The translations under genes were made by a program, and so were the position numbers. Below are positions 51,923 through 60,577 of a stretch of 64,000 bases of DNA, piece by piece. The stretch spans positions 4,480,001-4,544,000 of the forward strand of contig OY970194.1 in assembly GCA_963708075.1 (NCBI GenBank), given 5' to 3'. The DNA comes from Sedimentisphaerales bacterium. Its GTDB lineage: Bacteria; Planctomycetota; Phycisphaerae; Sedimentisphaerales; Anaerobacaceae. The notes under the pieces were generated by a model. That model was given only the letters and a program-made list of their open reading frames with translations. It was not told the DNA's origin and did no database searches. Every line of letters starts with the position of its first letter. The stretch's first letter is position 1.

Positions 51923-52008
51923 AAAAGAAAAAGCCCCCATGACGGCAGCACGAGAGTTCGGTACTTTTTTTTCTCGTCCTTGTGACTCGGCTGCTACTTC
52001 ACAGGGGC
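51923..52008 (-). terminator. long hairpin ending GGGGGCTTTTTCTTTT (terminator-like)
   Basis: nested stems GCCCC/GGGGC, GCAGC/GCTGC, ACGAGA/TCTCGT, followed by a U-tract on the minus strand. Confidence 0.45.
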
Positions 52009-52051
52009 ACGACAGAGTTATGTGTGGCTCTTTCTTTTTTTTCTCAGCCGC

Positions 52052-52209
52052 GCCTTGCCGCCGTCCGAGCTGCAAACCACTTCTGTGATGCAGACTTCCA
52101 GTGGACGGTCCAGGCTCAAGCTAAGATGGCCTTGCCGGCCTCAGCTTCGAGCCACGTTCACTAGCTCATCACCCTTTGCATCGGCGGACCGCATTTGATT
52201 TCTTGAGGC
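52052..52209. ncRNA. candidate structured non-coding RNA (rod-like fold), family unknown
   Basis: seven nested stems between 52063 and 52189 found by eye; no convincing ORF. Confidence 0.3.
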
Positions 52210-52635
52210 ATTTTTCCGGAGGCGTTCCAGCCGGCCGGAACGACAATTTCAATACGGATAACGCCACTCTTATCCGCCGGGCCTTAGACATCCGTCGCGG
52301 CCTGCCTGGTCTGCCAAAAAGGGACCCGGCAAGTCTTGACCCAGGCCAACCAGCCTACTCAGCTTAAACCCGATAAGTGTACTCTCTATCCCGCAAGTTC
52401 TCTTCCTCGTCACCAGAGAATGATGCAGGAATTTAGAAAAATCTCAAGAAAACCATCTACATCCACGCAGGCTTCTACGCCTTAAATCGCAGAAACGCAG
52501 TGGTGTGTGGATCGCTACCGCAAGACCTGACCGATTTGGAGCACCGCCTGTCATCCTTTGCCCCCTGGGGCGCCATTCCTGGGGATCTACCTGAGGCGGT
52601 GCTCCTTCCCTTTCTGATGAGCCGCGGATGGCTCG

Positions 52636-52697
52636 AAAAGAAAGCCCCTCTCGCCGTTGCCACAGCAGAACGCTCCCGGGCAACGAGGAGAGGGGCT
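52636..52697 (-). terminator. hairpin ending GGGGCTTTCTTTT (terminator-like)
   Basis: AGCCCCTCTC/GAGAGGGGCT plus CGTTGCC/GGCAACG, followed by a U-tract on the minus strand. Confidence 0.5.
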
Positions 52698-52861
52698 CAT
52701 GTTCTATGAACGAGTCTTACCACTGCGGTCCGCGCCGCAGACGCAGGTCAATACCCAACCCTGCCCCAGACGGCCTTTTGCATGGATCAGACAGCAGAGT
52801 CTCTATGATTGCACCAGGGCCCGTGGCAAACCAGGCGGAATGGCTTTGAACATCCTGGCTC

Positions 52862-52890
52862 TTGACTCGGATCAGCCGCCCGTGTATAAA
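52862..52890 (+). promoter_or_regulatory. sigma70-like promoter
   Basis: TTGACT-17 nt-TATAAA. Confidence 0.55.
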
Positions 52891-52932
52891 GGGCCTGCCG
52901 AACAGAAATGAGTCCACACGGGAATCTGGTGC

Positions 52933-53199
52933 ATGGCTGACAAGCAGAGAAACACCTGGACCGCGAAGTTCAGGAGGACCTTGACCTGTATGCTGCCGGT
53001 CTCGCCGCAGAGGCGAGGCCAGTGCATAAACTGCGGCGCCTGTTGCCGGCTGCCGAACCTCTGTCCGTTCCTCAAAACCAACGGGGACGGCAAAGGTTAC
53101 TGCGGCATCTACCCGCTTCGCCCGCTCAACTGCCGCAAGTACCCGCGCACCGACGCCGAGCACATCACCAAAGACACCTGCGGCTTCCACTTCGAATGA
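52933..53199 (+). CDS. small CxxCxxCC (YkgJ-like) metal/Fe-S cluster protein
   Basis: CINCGACC..CPFL..CGIYPLRPLNCRKYP. Confidence 0.8.
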   Translation: MADKQRNTWTAKFRRTLTCMLPVSPQRRGQCINCGACCRLPNLCPFLKTNGDGKGYCGIYPLRPLNCRKYPRTDAEHITKDTCGFHFE

Positions 53200-53215
53200 T
53201 AGAGTGAGAACGACA

Positions 53216-53659
53216 ATGGGCAGAAAGAGCACGCGGAAGCTCAAGCGAAGATACCGCTTCTTTCTCAGTCCTTACGAGCAATATGCGTTCACGCGGTGCC
53301 CGCGGTGTGAGGGCAAGACCAATGTTCGCAGATTTCCGCTCGCCATCCATATCGAGGCCGACCCGATCCAGCTTTTCATTCTGAACAAGACCTGCCGCTA
53401 CTGCACACGGTGCGAGTTGATCATTGCGAAGAAGTCCGACGTGGAATCCCTGCTGGCGGCCGCATTTGAGCGGCGAAGGCCGGAGATCGTGGGCAACGAG
53501 TATTTTATTTTCGGTGTGCTCGAACAAAAGGATTGGCAGCAAAGCAACAAAGGCAAGCTATCACAAGGCGATGCTGTGGAGCGAGCGATCTTCTTCAAGG
53601 AGGTCTTGAACTTTGAGGTCATTCCCGCCGGGTGGTACCCCGATCCGAGTCGCCAATGA
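53216..53659 (+). CDS. hypothetical zinc-ribbon-like protein
   Basis: CPRC and CRYCTRC motifs; co-oriented and closely spaced with the upstream gene. Confidence 0.7.
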   Translation: MGRKSTRKLKRRYRFFLSPYEQYAFTRCPRCEGKTNVRRFPLAIHIEADPIQLFILNKTCRYCTRCELIIAKKSDVESLLAAAFERRRPEIVGNEYFIFGVLEQKDWQQSNKGKLSQGDAVERAIFFKEVLNFEVIPAGWYPDPSRQ

Positions 53660-53816
53660 CAGAATCCTTCCCTGCCGCCAACAACTGTCAGAGGCTACAG
53701 GGAAATCGCGCCCGACATTGACGTACTTGCACATGTCCGATTAGGATGAGCACGCGTTGCCCGGGCAATTTCATCTCGTGTGTCCCTGGGTGCAAAAGCT
53801 GAATAGGAGTCGCTGC

Positions 53817-54450
53817 ATGGCGCAGGATGAACAGGTGCTGGTGGTCGAACGCAAGGTAGTCGAGCAGGAGGGGATGTTCCACGGACTGATGTTCGACGTG
53901 GAACGGTACGTGCGGAAGATCTTCGCTCCGGGCGTGCCTCGCTTCATGCGGCGGTCGCAGGCGGAAACCGATCCCAACTATAAGCAGATCATTCCGTACG
54001 TGATCATGACGCACAGCGGCAAATACCTGAGCTACGTTCGCGGCCGGCGGGCGGGCGAGACCCGGCTGGTCGGCAACCGGTCCATCGGCATCGGAGGCCA
54101 CATCAATCCCGGCGACGACCTGCCCCTGTTCAATGCCGATTTTTACGACACGTATGTCACCGCCGTGGAGCGAGAGGTGGCGGAGGAAGTCATCGTGGAC
54201 GCCGGGCACACGGATCGCGTGGTCGCCCTGCTCAACGACGATTCCAACCCTGTGGGACAGGTGCACCTCGGAATCGTCCACGGCTGGACGCTCGAGACGC
54301 CGAACGTCACCCGGCGCGAGCAGATGATCACGCAGTTGAGCTTCATGGCCCCCGCCGAGCTGCGCAGTCCGCGACAACATGGAAACATGGTCGCAGCTAT
54401 GCCTCGACGGCCTCGATGAGATCACCAAACGTCTGCAGCATCCCGCATAG
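53817..54450 (+). CDS. NUDIX-like phosphoesterase, frameshifted near 54365
   Basis: AETDPNYKQIIPY; SIGIGGHIN; REVAEE; VGQVHLG; the natural tail VRDNMETWSQLCL..stop lies in another frame. Confidence 0.8.
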
Positions 54451-54583
54451 GACGCAGGCCGCTGCGCCTTCCACATCATCGCGGCCGAGGCAGTCTCCTT
54501 TGTCTCAGGAAACGAAATCGCTCCGGCCCAGTGGACCGGGCGGCACCGCCAGGTGCTGATTGTGTCGTCGGCCCACTCGGCCT

Positions 54584-54613
54584 GGGTGCCATGCTTACGC
54601 TTGCGTAAGCATG
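54584..54613. repeat. GGGTG-foot REP-like palindrome (second subtype)
   Basis: GGGTGCCATGCTTACGCTTGCGTAAGCATG; relative GTGCTTACGCGTGCGCAAGCAT at about 29332-29353. Confidence 0.6.
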
Positions 54614-54939
54614 TTGTGCCCATCGAATCGAACATGTCTACGCGAACGTAGACATGGCGCTCAGGCAAACGAGGTCGTCCTGGAATGGGCGAACAAGAAC
54701 AGCATGGGCTGAAAGCTCATCCTGCATCTGTTGTGACCGGAACCAGGAGTCAGGCAATCCCTGGGCGTTTCGCGAGGAAAAAACGAAGGGGAAGTTGAGG
54801 ATTCCCCTACTTTGCCGGCGCGGGCACGACGGCCAGAATACAGGATGCAGGATTGTGGAGCCGCCGGGAAGACTTCGGCCAGTGGCGTTAAGGCAAGGCG
54901 GCCACTCCATTCGTTTTGCTTTTCGATGGGAGCGGGCGT

Positions 54940-55377
54940 ATGGAATACGAGGAATTCATCGGCCGGGTGCAGGAAAGGGCGGAGTTGGACTCGCCCAAGG
55001 AAGCTGCCGCAGCCGTAAAGGCGACGTTGGGGACGCTTGGCGAAATGCTCTCGCCCAGGGAGCGGCACGACTTGGCGTCGGAGTTGACCAAGCCGCTGAA
55101 GGAGTGGCTCACGCTCTGGATGGAGCAGCCTGCCCGCGAGCTTACGAATCCTCATCGCTTCAACCTGGAGGAGTTCTACAACCGGGTTGCCGCCCGGTCG
55201 GAGGTCGGATATCCGGCCGCGATCAAACACAGCCAGGCCGTCGTACAGGTCCTCAGGGAAGCGGTCTCGGGCGGCGAGCTCCGGGATGTGCTGCGCGAGC
55301 TGCCGGAGGAGTACGAGGAGTTGCTCAGCGGCCAGCCCAGGGGGCCGGCGTCGCCATCGATTGTCAAACAGCCTTGA
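54940..55377 (+). CDS. DUF2267-like protein
   Basis: YEEFIGRVQERA..ATLGTLGE..DLASEL..FNLEEFYNRVA..AVVQVLREAVSGGE. Confidence 0.8.
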   Translation: MEYEEFIGRVQERAELDSPKEAAAAVKATLGTLGEMLSPRERHDLASELTKPLKEWLTLWMEQPARELTNPHRFNLEEFYNRVAARSEVGYPAAIKHSQAVVQVLREAVSGGELRDVLRELPEEYEELLSGQPRGPASPSIVKQP

Positions 55378-55391
55378 CTGAGTGAGACAAC

Positions 55392-55799
55392 ATGAGAGCG
55401 ACAGCGCAAGAACTCGAGCAGGTGATCCGTGCGGCCAGGCGATCTCGACAGGTCCTGCTGGCCACCGTCAATGAGGCCGGGGAGCCGTCCTTCACGCCCA
55501 TCCAGGAGTGCCGGCTGACCGACGAAACCCGCGTGTCCATCAAGGCCTGGACCGACATCCCGCCCCTGGAGAGCAGGGACGGGCACACCAAGATGGCACT
55601 GTTGATCTGGGATACGCGGGAAGGCCATGGATACCAGCTTGCCGGCCATGCCATCCGGTCGCAAACCAGCGCGCCGTTCAGCAGTTACACCCAGATCGAG
55701 GAGCAAGAGCATCTCCCGCAGGTCCAACGCGAAATCCTCATGGAGGTCGATTCCATCGAAGACCTGCAGTTCGGAGGCAGAGAGAGCTGGCAGTCATAG
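55392..55799 (+). CDS. pyridoxamine 5'-phosphate oxidase-like (FMN split-barrel) protein
   Basis: VLLATVNEAGEP..ALLIWD..GYQLAG. Confidence 0.65.
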   Translation: MRATAQELEQVIRAARRSRQVLLATVNEAGEPSFTPIQECRLTDETRVSIKAWTDIPPLESRDGHTKMALLIWDTREGHGYQLAGHAIRSQTSAPFSSYTQIEEQEHLPQVQREILMEVDSIEDLQFGGRESWQS

Positions 55800-55819
55800 A
55801 AGCGCATGAGGTTCATCCA

Positions 55820-56491
55820 ATGGAAACGCACACAGACCAGAATACGAAGAGCCAGGACGTCGAGATCCGTATCGCCGATGTGACGCTGCATGGGATCCTG
55901 GCGATCCCCGATCAGGCACAGGCGATTGTGCTCTTTGCGCACGGGGCAGGCAGCAGCCGCTTCAGCCCGCGAAATCAGTACGTCGCCCGCATCCTTCAAG
56001 GAGCCGGTCTGGCCACGCTGCTCATGGACCTGATGACAGAGCGTGAAGAACGTTCCGACGCGATCACCCGCACCTTGGCGTTCGACATTCCATTCCTGGC
56101 GGAGCGTGTGGAGGCGGCCACGGACTGGGTGCTGTCGAATGAGGCCACCCGGGACTTGCGGATCGGGTACTTCGGCGCCAGCACAGGCGCCGGGGCGGCC
56201 CTGATGGCGGCGGCTCACAAGCCCGACGTGGTGGGGGCGGTAGTCTCCCGCGGAGGCCGGCCGGATCTGGCGGCGGAGGTCCTTCCCGAAGTGAAAGCCC
56301 CCACTCTGCTCATCGTCGGAGGGTGGGACACGCCCGTGATCGAGATGAACCGCGAGGCGGCTGCTCTGTTGCAGGTCGAGAACAAGCTTGTCATCATCCC
56401 GGGCGCCACCCATCTCTTTGAAGAGCCCGGAACACTGGACGAGGTGGCGGACTACGCCTCGCAATGGTTCACGCAATACCTGACTGCGTGA
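55820..56491 (+). CDS. dienelactone-hydrolase-like alpha/beta hydrolase
   Basis: LFAHGAGSSRFSPRN; GYFGASTG; VSRGGRPDL; GATHLFEEPG. Confidence 0.88.
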   Translation: METHTDQNTKSQDVEIRIADVTLHGILAIPDQAQAIVLFAHGAGSSRFSPRNQYVARILQGAGLATLLMDLMTEREERSDAITRTLAFDIPFLAERVEAATDWVLSNEATRDLRIGYFGASTGAGAALMAAAHKPDVVGAVVSRGGRPDLAAEVLPEVKAPTLLIVGGWDTPVIEMNREAAALLQVENKLVIIPGATHLFEEPGTLDEVADYASQWFTQYLTA

Positions 56492-56541
56492 GCGGTGGAC
56501 CCCTCAGGGACTCTTGAGGTCGTTCACCATGGCCAGAAACA

Positions 56542-56590
56542 AAGGCGCGCATAGGACTATCGGGTACGTCACCCCGTCTATGCGCGCCTT
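56542..56590. terminator. hairpin between convergent genes
   Basis: perfect 13-bp stem AAGGCGCGCATAG/CTATGCGCGCCTT. Confidence 0.5.
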
Positions 56591-56616
56591 CCCCCCTATC
56601 ACCTGCAGACCCGATC

Positions 56617-56913
56617 TTATTGGATACCCATCTCCCGTTTCAGCTCTGCCTCCGCTTCGAACCAATTCTCCTTGTCCTCCCCGGGAGGGCACCCATGCCG
56701 TTTCCAGATGTCCTGTGCCCGCTGGGCGATCTGCTCGTGGGTGGGACTGGGCCGCCCGCCTCGTACCGATCCAGGCCGCTCCACTACTTCCCCTGCTTCC
56801 CCCCGCTTGGCCTGCGGCATCTCCTGCACCGCGGTCCCTTTTTCCTGCTCACCCCTGATCTTCGCCGATCGGGCGCCTCTGCCCGTTTCTTTTGAGGTCG
56901 CCTTCTTTGCCAT
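56617..56913 (-). CDS. DUF2934-domain small protein
   Basis: HEQIAQRAQDIWKRHGCPPGEDKENWFEAEAEL; AAGGAG RBS. Confidence 0.85.
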   Translation of the reverse strand: MAKKATSKETGRGARSAKIRGEQEKGTAVQEMPQAKRGEAGEVVERPGSVRGGRPSPTHEQIAQRAQDIWKRHGCPPGEDKENWFEAEAELKREMGIQ

Positions 56914-57098
56914 AAAACCGCTCCTTCTCAATCCTTATTCACCATGTGCACGGCATACCGCCACTGGTGGGCAATGCTCATAGAACCTCAGCTATGCGGC
57001 CACAAACGACTCTCCTGTCTATGGCGCTCCAATAGCTCTACGCTACGGAGAGCCTCAGTGTAACGGCAACGCGACACAATTTGAAATCAGGAAAATGC

Positions 57099-59129
57099 TT
57101 AATGCGCACTGTTGACAGCCAGTATCCGCGCTGCGTGCTTTGACAAGCGGATAGGACGATCCGTCGGGATGATCTCATGACCGCCGGTGGTCGGGTCCAG
57201 GAGCGTCCATCCGCCTCTTGCCGATACAGTAAGTCGCAATTCCAGATCCTCGCCGCCCTCATTGAACAGCAGGTAGTAGTCTGTTCCCCCCTTCTGCACG
57301 TGCCGCACTCTCAGGTCTACCGTGTCCGGGGAAACCTGCACGTCCGGCGCAACCAGTTTATCAATCGCCTCAATCAACTGCGAATCGACCATTTCATTGT
57401 TCCAGCGGATGAGGCGCCCTGCGTTTGTCAGAGCCTCAATGGCAGGTTTCGCTTTCTCGGGCGGGTCCTCTTCGAGAATCAGCACGCGATAGTGCATCCC
57501 CGCCAGGCGGATGCCGTCTGCATCCACCCGGGCGTCTTCCCACAGGTGCCGTGCTTCGAGATAGTTGAAATCACGCTGGTGCTGGAAGCAGACCTTTGCG
57601 GCTCGCCACGGCAGCGAATCGTTCAACCCGAGAATCGCCAGCTCGCAGACGTGCCGGCTGTCCGTATTCAGCCAGCACAGGCGGGCGGTGGCCTGAGCGA
57701 AGGGCTTGTACTGGGACCACCACAGACTATTCGGCCCAACGTCCGGCGGGCGCTCGTCAATTCGCGGGCCACGAATCGAATAGAAGAACGCGTGCGGAAC
57801 GAGCAGGTTACAGCCTCGCACGAGCAGCCAGTTCATCAGCCACTTCATCTCGTCAAACGTCAGATCAGGTCCGTACGCCCCGCAGCACTCGTTCAAATTA
57901 CGTCGGCGCTTCAGGTGGATCATCGCCGAGGAGGCGCACTTGGCCTGCGTGGACTGGTCGCCCTCAAGAGCGTTGGGCTTGCCCGGCTCGATGTAACGCC
58001 AGACGATATCCTGACCGGGGATTTGGAAGTATCGTAACTGGCCGATGTCGTCCGGGCCCGCCGGATGGCCGGTGAGACAGACGCCATGCGCCTCGCACCA
58101 TTCGGAGATCTGGCGATAGAATGTTTGCTCCAGCCGCGCCTGCAGGGCGCGGCTGTAGTTGCGCCGATGCAGTGCCGCGTCCGGCTCGTCGTCATGCCAA
58201 AGGGCCGGCAAGTGCTCCGTGAAGTCATAGCCGAGAAAGGCGTTGACGTGTTGGAGGATGCCGGTCGTGCCCGGCATCATGCCCCGCTCGCCGCGCCTGG
58301 CCAACATCGATGGCTCGTCGGTGAAAATCGCTTTCACCGTCTTGCCGAAGTGCTTGCCGAACTCGTCATAGTATCGCTGATACACCAGCCGGATGAAGCA
58401 GGCGACGGATTCCGGATTCAGGATGTCCCCTCCGGCAGGCTGGTTCTCCGGCACTTCCTTGTGATCGGCCCGGCGAGGTGGGTCGTCCTGCGTGAAATGC
58501 AGGCCCCGGATGACCGAGTAGCCGTCCCGGGCCGCACGGTCGATGATCACGAGGCGATGGTTGTTGGACTTGCGTCGGATGGTCGCCACAAGGTTCTGAC
58601 CCGATGACAACTCCGGCTCGCCGTTGCCGCTAATCCGCACGCCCTGCACCTCGGTCCCCGGCTTGGCCGCTTCGAGATCGATGCACACCAGCCCTCGCGT
58701 GCGAAAGGCCGGATTCTCCGCCGGCACCTGCCCGCTCGACGAGCCGCTCGGGTACATCCCCTCGTCGTACAGGATCACCCACATGTCCCGCTCCGCCGCC
58801 CGCTCGATGGCGAACCGCATGAAGTGAATCATCCGCTCGCTCATCCACCCGATGCTCTTGGGCAGCCCGGCCCGCGGGTGGATCAGGAACGCCTGTACGC
58901 CGTGAGCCTTGAAGTCCTCGATCTGCCGAAGCAGCTCGGCTTCCGACAGCTCATCGTTCCAGAACCAGAACGGCGCCTGCGAAAACTCGCTCGGCGGATC
59001 GATCCACTCCTCCGGCAGCTTGACGCTCTTGCTTTCAGCCCCTGCCTGCCCCATAGCCGGTAGCGCAAACGCCGCCGCCCCAACTCCTACCGCCTCCAGA
59101 AACCGCCGTCGATTCAGTTGCTCTGACAT
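57099..59129 (-). CDS. Tat-exported glycoside hydrolase, GH106-like
   Basis: NRRRFL; PFWFWND; IHPRAGL; LYDEGMYPSG; FTDEP; HAFFYS. Confidence 0.7.
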   Translation of the reverse strand: MSEQLNRRRFLEAVGVGAAAFALPAMGQAGAESKSVKLPEEWIDPPSEFSQAPFWFWNDELSEAELLRQIEDFKAHGVQAFLIHPRAGLPKSIGWMSERMIHFMRFAIERAAERDMWVILYDEGMYPSGSSSGQVPAENPAFRTRGLVCIDLEAAKPGTEVQGVRISGNGEPELSSGQNLVATIRRKSNNHRLVIIDRAARDGYSVIRGLHFTQDDPPRRADHKEVPENQPAGGDILNPESVACFIRLVYQRYYDEFGKHFGKTVKAIFTDEPSMLARRGERGMMPGTTGILQHVNAFLGYDFTEHLPALWHDDEPDAALHRRNYSRALQARLEQTFYRQISEWCEAHGVCLTGHPAGPDDIGQLRYFQIPGQDIVWRYIEPGKPNALEGDQSTQAKCASSAMIHLKRRRNLNECCGAYGPDLTFDEMKWLMNWLLVRGCNLLVPHAFFYSIRGPRIDERPPDVGPNSLWWSQYKPFAQATARLCWLNTDSRHVCELAILGLNDSLPWRAAKVCFQHQRDFNYLEARHLWEDARVDADGIRLAGMHYRVLILEEDPPEKAKPAIEALTNAGRLIRWNNEMVDSQLIEAIDKLVAPDVQVSPDTVDLRVRHVQKGGTDYYLLFNEGGEDLELRLTVSARGGWTLLDPTTGGHEIIPTDRPIRLSKHAARILAVNSAH

Positions 59130-59275
59130 GCAAATATCCTCCAGGCTCATACGCCCTTGCGATTCACTATCCAATCAAACCCAACCGCTCCAGCATACCA
59201 CCGCCACCGACCGGTGCAAAGGACCGAGCCAATTGCGTTTTGCGCATCGCGGGCTACCAGCAGGATACTTGGCGT

Positions 59276-59304
59276 TTGCCTTTCCCACGACCTGCCCCTA
59301 CAAT
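59276..59304 (+). promoter_or_regulatory. sigma70-like promoter
   Basis: TTGCCT-17 nt-TACAAT upstream of the nuclease gene. Confidence 0.5.
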
Positions 59305-59415
59305 AGGACCATGGATTTCGAGGCTATAGTCTCCCGTGTGACGGAGAACAAGTCGTGGTCGACGAATTCGTGAAGGTGACGTTGAATACCAGCGATTCTC
59401 TGGAGGTCCTACCCT

Positions 59416-60366
59416 ATGAGCGAGAGCATCTTTTCTACATACCGCGCTGGAGAAAATCGTGTCACCGGCTCTATCCTGGCTGTGCTTCGGTCGTTGTCTC
59501 TGCGCCGGTGCGAGAGGATTCTTGCTGCTTTGTTGGAGCAATCCGAATTTGAGCTCGTTCGTTTCCAGAACCAGGCGTCAAAAGGAAACGTCGGAGTCCC
59601 GGATGCAGAAATCAGCAGCAGCTTCCGCATCCTCATCGAAACCAAGATCAAGCCAAATGCACTGAAACAAGAACAACTTGCCCGGCACGTCCAACGATTT
59701 GAAGATGGTAGCGAGCAAATCCAGAGATTGCTGGTGCTCACCCCGGACATAGAGCGACCGGATGTTATCGAGGAGATGAAAGACTGTCGTGTCGGGTGGG
59801 CTTCCTTCGCAGCTCTGGATCAAGCCATCGAAGAGGTACTTGCAGACAAGGAAGAAGTGGTTTCTGAACGGGAGGCGTTCCTATTACGTGAGCTTCAGGG
59901 CATGCTGGAGGAAGAAGAACTGATCTCGTCCTCGAAAGATACCTTGGTTATTCCCGGCAAGCACGCATGGCCAGAGTACAACACATTCCACGCCTACATT
60001 TGTCAACCGAGAAGGTCTTTTCAGCAGGTCAGCCACATTGCCTTCTATACCGGAAACGAGATTCGGGAACTGGTCCCGCAGATTCTTGAATCACACGAAG
60101 AAGTTGAAATGACATATGGGAAATACGACGGAAAACTGGGAAGGCTGGTCGAGAATCTCCTGGACCGGAAATTGCGGACTGAAGGCAAGCTCTACAAAGT
60201 GATTCTCCTGACTCCCCCTGAGGACAGTCACACGGTCCATTTGGAGAAGCCAATTGAAAACGATCTCCAATCTGCAAGTGGACGGATCACTGCCTTCACC
60301 CAGAACCAGAGGTATGTCCGCCTGGACCAATTGAAGAGAGCACAAAAGACATCGGACCTGTGTTGA
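59416..60366 (+). CDS. PD-(D/E)XK nuclease-domain protein with an unassigned C-terminal domain
   Basis: ENRVT..VPDAEISSSFRILIETKIK..QLARH; GGAGG RBS; visibly more AT-rich than its neighbours. Confidence 0.7.
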   Translation: MSESIFSTYRAGENRVTGSILAVLRSLSLRRCERILAALLEQSEFELVRFQNQASKGNVGVPDAEISSSFRILIETKIKPNALKQEQLARHVQRFEDGSEQIQRLLVLTPDIERPDVIEEMKDCRVGWASFAALDQAIEEVLADKEEVVSEREAFLLRELQGMLEEEELISSSKDTLVIPGKHAWPEYNTFHAYICQPRRSFQQVSHIAFYTGNEIRELVPQILESHEEVEMTYGKYDGKLGRLVENLLDRKLRTEGKLYKVILLTPPEDSHTVHLEKPIENDLQSASGRITAFTQNQRYVRLDQLKRAQKTSDLC

Positions 60367-60577
60367 GCAACTATGAACAAAGGGGACGGTGTGCACAGCA
60401 AACCCTACCGGCTGTCGCCGAAGCCGTGTGAATCCGCGAAATCCGTGTCTGAAAGATTCTTCTGCTTGTGTCGCCTGTGTATTCTGCGGCGAAGAGGCAG
60501 GATTGCGGAAATGGGGTGGGGCGGTATCATGGGGCGGGTCTGGAACTGGCAATGAGGTTCAGTGAGTGAGGTTTTCG

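Noticed and set aside
52820..52850. GGCAAACC resembling a c-di-GMP-I riboswitch start
   Set aside because: No GNRA-capped P2 stem and no downstream GACGCAAAGC element
52699..52911. Small plus-strand ORF with an SD-like sequence inside the hairpin
   Set aside because: Unnatural composition; overlaps the promoter of the next gene
51840..52930. Housekeeping RNAs (tmRNA, RNase P, SRP, tRNA) in the long intergenic region
   Set aside because: Their hallmark motifs were not found on either strand
59311..59373. 20-codon ORF (MDFEAIVSRV..) between the promoter and the nuclease gene
   Set aside because: Too short to tell leader peptide, gene remnant or chance apart
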